Shown: one piece after another, positions 1-14,629 of the stretch
Layout of the letters: each line of letters opens with the position of its first letter
How positions within the stretch are numbered: position 1 is the stretch's first letter
DNA from: the human T2T-CHM13v2.0 reference genome, Homo sapiens
Strand: one strand, 5' to 3'
Assembly (NCBI RefSeq): GCF_009914755.1
Contig: NC_060925.1
DNA length: 64,000 bases
Position numbers and translations under genes: made by a program
The notes under the pieces: model-generated
Databases searched by the model: none
What the model was told of the DNA's origin: nothing
Seen by the model: the letters and a program-made list of their open reading frames with translations, nothing else

Positions 1-498
1 CATGACGAAGCAGAGGATCATGCCTGTCCATTCAGCATGGACTCACCAAGTCCTCATAGGGAGGAAAAAGGCCCATGATAAGTGTAAGGGATACTAAAAT
101 AAATAAGATCCCCATCCCTACCCATTGCCGGCCTTGAACCATGTCTTAGTCCAATTCCTGCCACTAGGAGCAGCTGCATGGTCCACCTGGAGGAAGCCGA
201 GCCGGGTGGAATCCTCCTTGGATGAAGAGGAGCAGTGCAGGCCAGCGGGCAAGGTGATGGAAAGGCTCTAATTCTATGATGTTGGAGATATCTCTCTCTG
301 CTCCCCCAATTTTTCTGGTTCAGATCCTTAGAAACCCTCACCTAAATGTCTCAGTGGCCTTCCACAGCAGTGAAATCATGTTTTAACACAAGATAAAAGT
401 CGATGGGTCAGTGTCTCAGGGTCTTGCATTCACTCCAAGACCTATTTTTATTCTGTTTAATCAGTCTTATGAGGCAGCCTTGTTAACACACTATTATT

Positions 499-2788
499 GT
501 TTTTTTTAATTTTTGTGGATACACAGTAGGTATATATATTTATGGGACACATGAGACATTTTGGTACAGGCATGCAATGTATCATAATCACATCATGGAA
601 AATTGGGTATCCATCCCCCCAAGCATTTATTCTAGGTGTTATAAACAATCCAATTATATCCTTTTAGTTATTTTCAATTAAATTATTATTGACTATTGTC
701 ACCCTGTTGTGCTATCAAATATTAGGTCTTATTCATTCTTTTTAACATTTTTTAACCCATTAACCATCATCACCTCCCCACCAGCCCCCACTACCCTTCC
801 CAGCCTCTGAGAACCATCCGTCTACTCTCTAGCTCCATGAGTTCAATTGTTTTGATTTTTAGATCCCACAAATAAGTGAGAAAATGCGATGTTTTCTTTC
901 TGTGCCTGGATTATTTCACTTAACATAATGACCTCCAGTTCCATCCATGTTGTTGCAAATGACAGGATCCCTTTTTTTTTATGGCTGACTAGTACTCCAT
1001 TGTGTATAAGTATCACATTTTCTTCATTCATCTGTCGATGGACACTTAGGTTCCTTCTAAGTCTTGGCTATTGTGAACAATGCTGCAACAAACATAGGGG
1101 TGCAGATATCTCCTCAATATACTGATTTGCTTTCTTATAGGTATATATCCAGGAGTGGGACTGCTGGATCATATAGTAGCTCAATTTTCATTTTTCTGAA
1201 TAACCTCCAAACTGTTCTCCATGGTGGTTGTACTAACTTACATTTCCACCAACCATGTACGAAGGTTTCCTTTTCTCCGCATCCTTGCCAGCATTTGTAA
1301 TTGCCTGATTTTTGGTTAAAAGTCAAGTAAACTGAGTGAGATGATATTCATTGTAGTTTTGATTTGCATTTCTCTGATGATCAGCGATGTTGAGCACCTT
1401 TTCATATGCCTGTTTGCCATACGTATGTCTTCTTTTGAGAAATGTCTATTCCAGTCTTTTGCCCATTTTTTAATTGGATAATTAGAAGTTTTTCCTACAG
1501 AGTTGTTTCAGCTCCATATATATTCTGGTTATTAATCCCTTATTAGATGGTGTATTAGCCCATTTTCACCCTGCTATAAAGGACTTCCCTGAGACTGGGT
1601 AATTTATAAAGGAAAGAGGCTTAATTGACTCACAGTTCCAGATGGCTGAGGAGGCTGCAGGAAACTTACAATCATGGTAGAAGGGGAAGCAGGCACATCT
1701 TACATGGTGGCAGGTGAGAAACAGCAAGCAAGAGCAGGGAAAACCACCTTATAAAACCATCAGATCTCGTAAGAACTCACTCACTATCACGAGAACAGCA
1801 CGGGGGAACCCCTGCCCCATGATCAAATCACCTCCCTCCCTCAACACATGGGAATTACAATTCAAGATGAGATGTGGGTGGGGACACAGAGCTAAATCAT
1901 ATCAGATGGGTAGTTTGCAGATATTTTCTCTCATTCTGTGGGTTGTTCTCTCTTCATTTTGTTGAGTGCTTCCTTTGCTGTGCAGAAGCTTTTTAACTTG
2001 ATGTGATCCCATCTGTCCATTTTTGCTTTGGTTGCCTGCCCTTGTTGGGTAGTACTCAAGAAATTTGTGCCCATATCAATGTCTTGGAGAGTTTCCCCAG
2101 TGTTTTCTTGTCGTAGTTTCATAGTTTGAGGTCTTAGATTTAAGTCTTTAACTCATTTTGATTTTATTTTTGTATATGGTGAGAGATAGGAATCTAATTT
2201 CATTCTTCTGCATGTGGATATCCAGTTTTCCCAGCACTATTTATGGAAGAGACTGTCATTTCCACAGTGTATATTCTTGGTACCTTTGTCGAAAATAAGT
2301 TTACTGTACGTGTGTGGATTTGTTTCCAGGTTCTCTTTTCTGTTCTATTGGTCTATGTGTCTGTTTTTATGCCAGTACCATGCTGTTTTGGTTACTATAG
2401 CTCTGTAGCACAATTTGAAGTCAGGTAAAGTGATTCCTCCAGTTTTGTTCTTTTTGCTCAGGCTAGCTTCAGCTATTCGGGGTCTCTTGTGGTTCAATGT
2501 TAATTTTAGGATTGTTTTTTCTATTTCTGTGAAGAATGTCATTGGGATTTTAATAGAGATTGCACTGAATTTGTAGATTGCACTGAGTGTTGTGGACATT
2601 TTAACAATATTGATTCTTCCAGTCCATGAACATGGACTATCTTTCCGTTTTTTTGTGTGTCCTCTTCAAGTTTCTTTCATGAGTGTTTTATAGTTTTTAT
2701 TATAGAGATCTTTCACTTCTTTGGTCAATTCCCAGTTATTTAGTTTTATTTGTGGCTATTGTAAATGGGATTACTTTTTTGATTTATT
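499..2788 (-). mobile_element. 5'-truncated LINE-1 (L1MA-like), 3' ORF2 and 3'UTR, split by a THE1 LTR
   Basis: Poly-T near 500. Minus-strand ORF2 peptides include [41 protein letters not shown] and ILSFATTWMELEVIMLSEI. Degenerate TSD TTAACACACTATT (483-495) / TTAACAGACTACT (2789-2801). Confidence 0.92.
1551..1904 (-). mobile_element. Solo MaLR LTR (THE1 family, 354 bp) inserted in the L1
   Basis: TG...CA ends (TGTATTAGCC...CATATCA), THE1 core GAGACTGGGTAATTTATAAAGGAAAGAGG, and a perfect 5-bp TSD GATGG at 1546-1550 and 1905-1909. Confidence 0.92.
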
Positions 2789-3039
2789 TTAACAGACTAC
2801 TTTAAATTGTGGAAAGGCAGCACACTGAGGAGCTCTGCTGGGAAAAGATGCTGCTCCCCTCCTCCCTCATCCTTCCTCCAAATAACTTGTCTCTCAGCTT
2901 CCAGGTTCTGTGCCCCATTCACACTCCTCAGCCCTGCCAAATAAATGTCTCTGAAGCCCACTTTGACGGGCCACACCAATGTTCACAGACCCCTCAGATT
3001 CAGGCTGACTGATAACAGTGCTTGCAAGGACACCTGTAA

Positions 3040-3230
3040 CTACAACTGTTGACTATCTGCTACATTCCAAAACTGTTCTGGATGCTTCCTATACGTAACC
3101 TTGTATAACTTTCACACAATCCTATTAAGTAGGTATTATTACTAATCCCATTTTGTAGATGGGAAAACTGAACTTCAGAGAAGCTAAGCCAGATTTGAAC
3201 CCTCAGCCCATGCCCTCATCACTACACTCC
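3040..3230 (-). mobile_element. MIR
   Basis: MIR core CCCATTTTGTAGATGGGAAAACTGA. Confidence 0.75.
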
Positions 3231-5196
3231 AGCATCTTTCTCTCCTTCCAAGTGTCATCTAGGTAATGTCACACAGTGGTCCACACTGAGAGGCAAAGGC
3301 CAGAGCTAGGAACCATTAACAGCCATCTTCTAATGCAGAATTTCCCAAGCTATGTTCTGTAGAACAAATCCTTGAGATGCTGGGCAGAGAAGTAGTTCCC
3401 AGGTCATATACACACAAGACAGGTTTTATTTTCTGTCTGTCTCCTGGAGGTTTACAATGTGCAGCAGCTCTGATAATGACTAGGCAATTTATTGAGATTA
3501 TATTTTGCATTTTGTTCTCACTGTAGTTTTTGTTCCCCAATATTTTCTCTCTGAGAAAGTTTCCTGTCTTTTTTTGGTGCCCTCTTGATTGAGAGATTTG
3601 TTTTGTAGGATCTACGTAGTCACTTTTTGACACACCCTTCCTGTCTTTGATTGGGAGAAATTCTGCTCGATCCTCCCAGAGGGGGGAGGAAATGGGCAAG
3701 TGCTTTTGCCTGGTAGAGAGTGGGTTCAGAAGGCAAAAGCAGACAGAGGAGTTAGAAATTCTCCAAGATGAAAAGGGAGAAGAAGTTGGGGGGTTCTGGG
3801 AGAAGTTGGCACCAGAAAGGGCCCCTGTGGAGCTGTCAGGACCTGATGGGGCATGTGAAGAAGCTGGGCACCAGGTACTGAGTCTCTGGCCTCAGCAAAG
3901 CTCCCCAAACCCAACCCTGGCACAAGCTCAGCAGAACCATTCCCTGTCACACAGTCACGCAGGCCTGGACCAAGAGACCATTGTTGATGCCACTCTATCC
4001 TGAGCCCAGAGGGTCCCACTCTGTGTCATACCTCAGTACATTGTCATATCCCTGGAGGGGGAGGGCAGGATCAGAGGAACCCTCAGTGACAGCTGAGGAT
4101 AGATTTTCCATTAGTCCAGTGGGTTGGAGGTTCAGGTTCAGTCAATTTGACTTTAAGAAAATAAGGCAATATGACAGTTCTTGCACATCCAAGTTTGAAT
4201 TTCAATTCTTACCCACTAAATTTGATAATTCATGATTTGTTAACTTTTTAAACACATGAAACCTGTATTAGCAATTATTGGAATTTTGGTCACTAGATCA
4301 CCTTTTGGGAATTCTAACTTTAGAACATTGGCCTCCATGTGACTTAACCTCCCAGGAATAATGGGGCCAACTAGACCAGGTAAGCAAGACAAGAAGCAAG
4401 AGGGGTAGAGAGCAGGAGGGGAGAGTAGGAGAGGGAGAAAGAATGAAAAGGGGAAAGAAAAGAAGTGAGGGAGAAACCAAGAAGAAGAGAGAAAAAGCCA
4501 GGGAAGTGAGAGGAGCAGAAGAAGATTGAGCCAGAGAACCAAGGGAGAAAGGGACAGAGAAGAGAGGAGAGGCAGAGATTGGAGGAGGGGGAGGGGAAGG
4601 AGAATCCACCATGCATCAGGTGGGGACTTGGCCATGCACTCAGAACACCCAGGAGAAGGACAGGGCAGCACTCTGCCTGGCCTGTGAGTAAAGCACACCT
4701 AGGGGTTGCAGTTCCATATGGGTGTTCTGTGAGAGGGAGGAGAAGGCTGGATGTGAGGCTGAGAAGAGTCCCAGCTTGTTTTGAGGGTGCATTCCTTTCA
4801 GAGAGGCACCCCAGTGTGATGACTGACATTCCACTGCTGAATAGAGGAGCTCCCCAGCTAGAATAGAGTAGCCACAGCTAGAGGTTCAGCCAGGGCTTGA
4901 GTCCTAGAGCGTGTCATACAGGTGGTGCCTGGATTTCCACCTGTCCAAGGGGCAAAGCTGACAATGGGTGCCTTCTGTGAGCCCTCTCCATCTCTGCCCT
5001 TCTCCTTCTTTGGAATCATTCCTCTCACCTCCCTTCCAGGCATCTTCGAGGAAGATGTCTAATAAACCTATTCTTATTAAGTGTCTTAATCTTTTATCCT
5101 TCCCCAAAAGTATAGGAAGGTGGGGAAAGAGCAAGGAAACAATCTCCAATTGTGAGATTTTCATAGGCTGTGCCTAGACAATGGGAGAGGTGCTTA

Positions 5197-5256
5197 GGAA
5201 GGAAGGAGGGAAGGAAGGAAGGAAGGAAGGAAGGAAGGAAGGAAGGAAGGAAGGAA
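5197..5256 (+). repeat. (GGAA)n microsatellite, 15 units with one GGAG
   Basis: Visible directly; 12 uninterrupted units at 5209-5256. Confidence 0.97.
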
Positions 5257-5874
5257 GGGGATTAAGTATTTTGGCCAGATTTTCTCTGGTTTTTCTTAGG
5301 GTGAGACAGATGACTAAGCTAAAAATACAAAGTCTGACCATGAAGCTGAATGGTGAAGTGAACTGGAAATCAGGAGACTAGATACAGACCTGCCTTGGCT
5401 AGTTGGCTGCAAGGCCTGGAGTAGGTTATTCACCCAATGCTCCTTTTGTCTACAAGGGGGTGAAACTGAAGGGTTCAATCTAGACATTTCCTCTTGTAGG
5501 GTACCTCCCAGCTCTAATATTCAATAGTTCCATAAGTAGAGTTTAATGTAAAAATCAAGTAACACTTGCAAGTAAATTAACCCTGTATATTCAAAGAGCT
5601 ATACTTAGTGGTACTTTGCCCTCCAGAACAAGTGTTTCTGGGATCAAATGCACATTGATGGAGCAAGGGGAGATCGGGAAAGAGTCTGTGGCTCTGCCTT
5701 TCCCTCTCTCCCAGCCCAACACCCAGAAGGAGAAGCTTTCTGGCTTCTACCAACTTTAGCGTGGATGCCTGAGGCCCAGCCTTCCCCAACTTTGTCTTAG
5801 GGAAGGGAGATGTAACACCATGACTCAACCTTGAATCCCTTTACTGGCATTATTCCCCCAACAACCTTGAGGGA

Positions 5875-6400
5875 GTATGCTAGTCAAGACTTTAGGTGAC
5901 AAATGTCAGGAGCTGAAACTAGTTTAAAAAAAGGGAGGGGGGATTTATTAGCTCAGAAAGCTGGGACATCCAGAAAGGTATCTGCTTTCAGACATGGCAA
6001 GAACCAGGAAATCAAATGACTTCATTAGGGCTCTCTCTTTCTGTGTTAACCTCTGCTTATTTCTGCTTGGCTCCCTTCTTTGGACAGCCTGTTTCACATA
6101 GTAGGTTAGATAGCTAACCACACCCCCAGACTCCTATGCTCCCATTTTAGCAGCTCTAGTAGAAAAGAATCTGTCTTTCTTGATAGCCCCACCAGTAAGA
6201 ACTGACTGACCCATTTGGGTCATATGCTCCTTCTTGAATCAGCCTTGGTGGTTGGGGGATGAAATACTCTGATTGGATGTACCTGGGTCACATGCCGCCC
6301 TTGTCACTGGGAGAATAAAGTGGATGTCAGCTCCATTTGAACCCCATGGAATGGGTTACCTACAGGAAAAGTTGTAGAGAAGGGATTCCACTAGATGAAA
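5875..6400 (-). mobile_element. Old MLT1-type MaLR LTR
   Basis: Degenerate MLT1J/K/L-like motifs (GGATTTATTAGCTCA, CTGATTGG...GGTCACATGCC). Boundaries approximate. Confidence 0.55.
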
Positions 6401-7054
6401 CATCAGATTTCCTCAAATAGAATGTCTTCAAGCCCATTATACAGATGAGAAAATGGAGGATCAGACTGGTTATATAACTCACCAAGGTTTACAAAACTAG
6501 GAAATCACAGAGCTTGGACTTGAAGCCACATTTGTCCAACACAAAAGTGCGTGTTTTAACCACAGCACTCTGCTAGCTCAACTGTCTCAGCATCCTCAAG
6601 AGCCCCATGACTCCAACTTTGAATACTTGGGCTTGTCATTTACGGTTCTCAAAATAACTGAAGTTGCAGGCAGCCTAACAATGCATTCGAGACCCCTGGC
6701 TCCTCAAAGGAGCTTGCCGATCTGCTCTGTTTCTCTTCTTCTGCCTCTCCCTAGTTGGAAGGAAGGAGCTAGGGAACCATAATCACGCCTCTCATTGCCT
6801 CTTCCAAGGCTAGATACACAGGTATGTGGAATAGGCTGAATGCCACCATTTAAGACAAATGTTCTCAACCACAGTGTGCTCACAATGGCATGGTGAATAA
6901 TTTGTGAGGTGTGTTGCAAGTAACTTGTTTTGTTAATAGTTAAAATACTGGAGTTTGCAAATGATTTATCTTTTTATAAAAATAAGCAAGAGAAAATTCA
7001 AGGCTATCCCTATAACAACACACACTGTGTTCACTTGTATTCTTTTTTATACTT

Positions 7055-7237
7055 TTTTGAGTGGGAGAGAGAGGTAAAGTTAAAGCAAGCAGGCATTTGT
7101 CATTACCCTGGGCATAGCCATGGAAGATTTTCTTTCTTGTGTTCCCACATGGAAAAAGGGCTGAGTATTATTGATTTAAGGGAAGACTTCTGTTCACAAA
7201 TACCTCCTCAATACCTACTTCCAATTCCACCAAGTAA
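7055..7237 (+). repeat. Left arm of an ~185-bp inverted repeat (partner 8223-8409)
   Basis: About 85% identical to the reverse complement of 8223-8409. The ORF track shows matching peptides on opposite strands (AGICHYPGHSHGRF / AGICHYTGYSHGRF). Confidence 0.95.
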
Positions 7238-7621
7238 AAAATACACTGGTTTTAAAAGCTAATGCTGGGTAGGCAGCGTGTTCAACAGTCACTCACATAT
7301 TGTTGTGAATTATAGGATACCCTTGTTCAAGAATAAGATATTCTAGAAACCTCAAATGAATGGAGACATTTCTGAATACTTTCAGATAATAAAAGCTTCT
7401 GAAGGACTAAAAACACAGTCAAACTTTAAAGTGAAGCTTTAAATAGAGCTGAAAGCTTTTTGAGTTAATAGATAATTTTATGCAAAATAACTTTCATACT
7501 AGCAAGTAGATTCCTAAGTGAGTGACAGAGTAGGCAGCTGATTTTTTTTTTTCCATTGTGGCAAAGTGGAGCTTTATCCTCAGTTCTTTTTACCTTCTGG
7601 ATATTTTAATTGCACACCAAA

Positions 7622-8075
7622 ATTCACTGCAGCATAGTTACAATAGCCAAGAGGTAGAAGCAACCCAAATGTCATCGATGGGAGAATAAAGAAATGTGGT
7701 ACGTGTATACAAGGAAATACTACTCAACCTTGAAAAGGAAGGAAATTCTGACACACGCTCCAGTGTGAATGAACCTTGAGGACATTATACCAAGTGAAAT
7801 AATCCAGCTATAGAAAGAAAAATACTATATGATTCAACTTATATGAGGTATTTCAAGTAGTCAAACTCTTAGGAACAGAAAGTAGAATGGTGGTTGCTAG
7901 AGGGTGGGACCGAGGGTGGTGAGGAAAGAGGAATTATTAGCATCATTCCATGATTGTAGAGTTTCAGTTTTGCAAGATGAAAAATCTCTACAGATTCACT
8001 GCACAACAGAAAATTGTTAAGATTGGAAATTTTATGTTATGCATTTTTTCCCACAAATTTCAAAAATGGAAAAAA
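7622..8075 (+). mobile_element. L1MB-like 3' fragment
   Basis: AATAGCCAAGAGGTAGAAGCAACCCAAATGTC, GAACCTTGAGGACATTAT and GAGTTTCAGTTTTGCAAGATGAAAA. Confidence 0.85.
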
Positions 8076-8222
8076 AGCAGAAAGGAAAGAAAAAAAAAAA
8101 GAAAGGACCAGAAAACTTGAGCTGAGTTATTGTCATTTAAGATGAAAGAAAAAAAAGGGAGGGAACACAGAGGCAGTAATTAGTCCCAGAACCTAATTCT
8201 AGGAATGTCCGGAAGTCAAAAG

Positions 8223-8409
8223 TTACTTGGTGGAATTTAAAGTGGTACTGAGGAGGTATTTGTGGGCAGAAACCCTCCCTTAAATCAATAATGCTCAAGC
8301 CTTTTTCCAGGTTGGACACACCAGAAAAAAAATCTCCCATGGCTATACCCAGTGTAATGACAAATGCCTGCTCTCTTAAACTTCACCTGTCTCTCTGCCC
8401 CACTCAAAA
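8223..8409 (-). repeat. Right arm of the inverted repeat (partner 7055-7237)
   Basis: Reverse-complement alignment to 7055-7237. Confidence 0.95.
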
Positions 8410-10511
8410 CCCCTCTCACATAGAATAAATGGCAAAAGAAAAGTCTACATGGAGTAATTTCTTTCAAAAAAGGAACAGCAGAAGTAGGAAGAGGGGAGAG
8501 GAAGAGAAGAGGGAGTGAGCAGCAGCTGAAATTACAGTCTTAAAAAATGCTTATTTTCAATTATACACAAAAAAGAAAATAATGCAAAGATTTCATAGCC
8601 AACATTGTACTGCGTATAAAAATTGTGCCACAGTAGTCACAAAAGCTCTTCATGTTGCTGGCAGAGACAGAGAGCTTATGGCTTATTCAAACAAAATCTC
8701 ACCAATCTCAATGGTGAGGGTTTTGGGTTTAATCAGATTGCTTTCCCCACACCTACCATAAGAAAATGGAAGGAAGATGAGATATAATTTGGAGGCATGG
8801 AATCTTATGAAGATAAACAGGCTAAAGCCAGGGGTCTTGGGTAGTCAAAGGGAAGTTCATGGAGATGAGAGTAAAAGAGATTGTTACTGGCAGACTAGAG
8901 GAAGTATGGGCAAGGCAGTGAAGACAAATTTTACCACTAGAAAAAAAAATGCTGCAATTTCGTTCTGCCTTCTCCCTTCTTAGAATCAAAATAGCTTTTA
9001 CTTAAATGTTATTAGTCCTTGCCTTCCTCCCACCCCAACTGCCATGGGCACTAGAGGGGTGAGACAAAGCAAAAATGAACCTGCATGGGGAGCTGGTTCA
9101 GTAGCAGCAATGGGGCTCCCAGGGATTGTCCAAGGCAAGCTGCAAGATACAAGGAGGAATGTGCTGGATTATTGATGCCATGAGGTACACAAAAAGACAA
9201 CTTGGTGGAAACTCTGTCACACAGATTGCTACAAGAAAGCTAGCCTGGCTAGCAGCCATGCATAGTGTCACTTTAATGTGCAGCCCTTCTGACCTGGGAG
9301 AAGGCTGCCAGAGGCGGCATTCCCTAAGGGAGGCTGTGAGATTTGCCCTGCCCACTCTGGACACCGGGTTCCTGTCAGCAGTAGTTAGGTGGGACTCTTT
9401 TCCCAGTCAGATTCCATTTATGAAAATACTGAGAATTGTTCTTTAATTTAGACTTTAATAAAGATAAGACAAAGGTTAATTGAGAATGGCTGAGTCTCAC
9501 ATTACGTAATGAAGACTGCCTAAAATCTACTGTACTGTTAACTTGGAAAATTGCTGCTGAATTCTGATATTGACCTCCACGCCTTCCTAACTAAAGAATT
9601 GATGGGTGTGTTGATTTTATGTTACCCAAGTCTAGCTGACCTGTATCTTCCATTCTTTCTAATTCTTGGCTCATATTGGTCTGGGTTCATATGGATTTTT
9701 TTTGTATCAAGGATCTTGTTACTAATTGCAGAGAATTCTCAATCTCTACAACTGTAATTTATCAAAGTTCAGATTTTTAAATAACAAAGGCCACATCAAT
9801 TGCTGTCTAGGGAGGTTGCCTCGTCCAAAGTGCTCTGCAAAATGCCTGCTGTCAGTTACTTATAACCCAAAAATGGCTCCTTTCTCTACTTGGAATGTGC
9901 TGATCTCCTCCATCATCAGCATCTGCTTGCCTCTGCTCAATTGCCTCTGCTGGTGGGCTGGGCTGGAAACTGGCTCCTTTTGGTAGCAAGAATTACTTCA
10001 GGAGTGAATCTCATCTTCTCGCTTTGGAAATCTAGAAATACATCCTAGAACTTCTGGCACAACCCCATTCAACATACACCTTTGGCCCTGGCTGGTTTTA
10101 GAGCTTTACTCTATAGGTATTTTATGTTTACAGATGATGACTAGAAAGAATTTGACTAGAAGACCACTATGTAAGGACACGAGTTTATACACTGTGCAAA
10201 GGTGCCCAGCCAAGGAGGCAAGTGGGGCTGAATTCCAGTCCTGCAGGAAGGAATGCCTTTTCTTTGCACAAAGGCAACAGCTCCCACCAACCCATGTGCT
10301 GGTGAAGCTGTGTCCACACAAGGAGTATCCTTTTTGAATTTACACACTCCATAGGCTGGCAGCAGCCTTCCCTGAAACAGATGCTGTGGGATGGGGAAAT
10401 TGGTTTTTAAAGAGCTCAAAGAAAAGTTTACCAGGATCATTCATGGAGGAAAAGTCAGCATGATCATCCCCAAAGTGGAAGCCAACAGTGATCAATCAAA
10501 AGACCAAAGAG

Positions 10512-11116
<605 letters not shown>

Positions 11117-12474
11117 CCCCAAAGACCAAAGATTAAGAATCTAAAGCTTTACTCTCTAGCTCCATTGGAAGATGCTTCGCTTTTCTTTTCTTCTCTCCCC
11201 CTGCATTATTTCTCAGAGAGAAAGAGCTGATTTTTCCATGTGAAATAGGGAGGAAGAGGGCTTAGATGATACAGCACATACCACAGAACACAGGAGCCAG
11301 TTCAAAGATGCATGAGCTGCCATAATACCACAAACACACCACTTATCCCATGGAGTAACTCCAAGGACTGATCACATTCAGCCACAGTGAGGGTAGCCAG
11401 GGGGCTAAATGCACTAGCCCAACATGCATCAAAAGGGCAGCTTTGTTCATTGTGCCAGCACCTGCCCTCAGATACTGCTTCTTCCGGCTTCCCTTTCATT
11501 CTCTCATCTCTTGCGCTTTCTTTCTTGCTGCTCATATCCTATGTTCTGGAATTCTCGCTGCCTCCCAGACACTGTGGTTCACTTTGATTGATGCTCTTTG
11601 TTCTCTGTGTAAGTAGAGAACTGCCGAACAGAATAATATAGTCTTCAGCCAACTCTATCTTTCCTTTTGTTCCTACCTTGCCTGCTCAGGCACAGCAGTC
11701 GATGTGGGAACAAATGTTTTTGAGCACCTACTCTGTGATGCATGATTCTAGGCACTGGGAACACAGTGGTGATCAAACCAGTCAAAAATCCCTGCTGGAG
11801 GGGATGAGGTGAGGGAGGGATAGACAATAAACAAAATAAGTAAATTGGCCGGGTGCAATGGCTCACATCTATAATCCCAGCACTTTGGGAGGCAGAGGCA
11901 GGCAGATTGCTTGAGCCCAGATGTTTGAGGCCCACCTGGGCAACCAGATGAAACTTCATCTCTACAAAAAATATAAAAATCAGCTGGCTCAAACAAATTA
12001 ACAAGAAAAAAAAAAATCCCTTCAAAAAATGGGCTAAGGACATGAATAGACAATTCTCAAAAGAAGATACACAAATGGCCAACAAACATGAAAAAATGCC
12101 CATCATCACTAATGATCAGGGAAATGCAAGTCAAAACCACAATGTGGTATCACCTTACATCTGCAAGAATGGCCATAATAAAAAAAAATAGATGTTGGTG
12201 GGGATGTGGTGAAAAGGGAACACTATTACACTGCTGGTGGGAATGTCAACTAGTACAACTATGGAAAACAGTGTGAAGTTTCCTTAAAGAAGTAAAAGTA
12301 GAACTATCATTTCATCCAGCATCCACTACTGGGTATCTACCTAGTGGAAAAGAAGTCATTATACAAAAAAGATACTTGCACACGCATGTTTATAGCAGCA
12401 CAATTCGCAATTGCAAAAATATGAAACCAGCCCAAACGCCCTTCAATCAATGAGTGGATAAGAAATTGTGGTAT

Positions 12475-13062
<588 letters not shown>

Positions 13063-14058
13063 TAAAGGAATGAGATAATGGCATAAAAGGAATAAAAAGG
13101 AATGAGATAATGGCATTGGCAGCAATCTGGATGGAATTGGAGACCATTATTCTAAGTGAAGTAACTCAGGAATGGGAAACCAAACGTCGTATGTTCTCAC
13201 TCATAAGTGGGAGCTAAGCTATGAGGATGCAGAGGTATAAGAATGATACAATGGACTTTAGGGACTTGGGGGAAAGGGTGAGAAGGAGGTGAGGGATAAA
13301 AGACTACAAATTAGGTACAGTGTACACTGCTTGGATAATGGGTGCACCAAAATCTCACAAATCACAACTAAAGAACTTAATCACGTAACCAAACACCATC
13401 TGTTCCCCAAAGATCTATGAAAATAAATAAAAATAATAAAAATAAAAATAAAAAAGTTAAAATGCTATACATGTAAAAAAAAAAAAAAATAGCATGGTGG
13501 CACATGCCTATAGTCCCAGTTACTCCAGAGGCTGGGGTTGGAGCCTTGAGCCCAGGAGGTAGAGGCTGCAGTGAGCTGAGATCACGCTACTGCACTCCAG
13601 CCTGGGTGACAGAGCAAGACCTTGACTCAAAAACAAAAAAGTAAATAAGATATATGGTATACTAGATGGTGGCAAGTGTTAAAGAGAAAAATAAAGCAGG
13701 AGAGTGTGGAGGGTGTGGTGGTGAACATCCTGTGGTCTCAGCTACTTGGAAGGCTCAGGAGTGTGTAAAAAATACGTTTATATTTCTCTTCAGTAAATAT
13801 CTGGAATTGAGATTCCTGGGTCCAATCATAAGTGTATGCTTAACAAACGTTAAACTGAAGAAAGAAACTGTCAAATGGTTTGCCATTTCATAATGGGTGG
13901 CCAAGAAAGCCCTTGATGAGAAGATGAATTCTGGTTAAAGATCTGAAGGAGGTGAGTGAGACTTGACATGTCTAAGGAGAAAATGCAGTGATCTTTTTGT
14001 AATTCTCAAGCTTCTGACTGGCTACACAGGGTTTATATTTTTACTAACTCTTATCAAG

Positions 14059-14560
14059 TGTATTAGTTATCAGCTGCTATGGAACAAATGACCCCAAAAC
14101 TTAGTGGCTTAAAACAACAAAACGTTGTCTCATGGTGAGTCAGGAATCCAAGTGTGGCTTATCTGCATCCCTTTGGCCCGGGGTCTCTCACACAAGGCTG
14201 TCATGAGGGCGTTGGCCAGGACTGCAGTCATCCCCAGGCTCAGCTAGAAGAGGATCTGCCTCCGAGATCACGCAGGTGGCTGTTGACAGACCTCAGGTCC
14301 TCACCGGCTGTTAGGTGAAGGTATCAGTTTCTTGCAGCTTGGACCTCTCCATGGGGCAGCTGATAACAGAGAAACCCAGCAAGGCAGAAGTCAGACTTTC
14401 AATAATCTGATCTTAGGAGTGACATCCATCATTTTTACCATATTAAATTGGATGGAAGCAACTCATTAGATCCAGCCCACACTCGAAGGGAGGGGGTTAC
14501 AGAAAGGTGTGAATTCCAGGAGGTGAGGATGGTTGAGACCATTTGGAGGTTGACTCTCTC
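14059..14560 (-). mobile_element. MLT1 (F-like) LTR
   Basis: TGTATTAGTTATC...CCCCAAAACTTAGTGGCTTAAAACAAC. Confidence 0.8.
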
Positions 14561-14629
14561 CCCAAGAGTAGAACAAAGGCATGTACATCCTTCATATGCA
14601 CCTGGATGACATTCCCTTGTTAATTTTCC

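Noticed and set aside
3647-4003. 118 aa Glu-rich ORF in unique-looking DNA
   Set aside because: No recognisable homology or supportable splice structure; length is within chance.
4240-4866. Overlapping ~150 aa Leu/Ser/Phe-rich ORFs resembling membrane proteins
   Set aside because: Produced by a purine-rich low-complexity tract and open in several frames.
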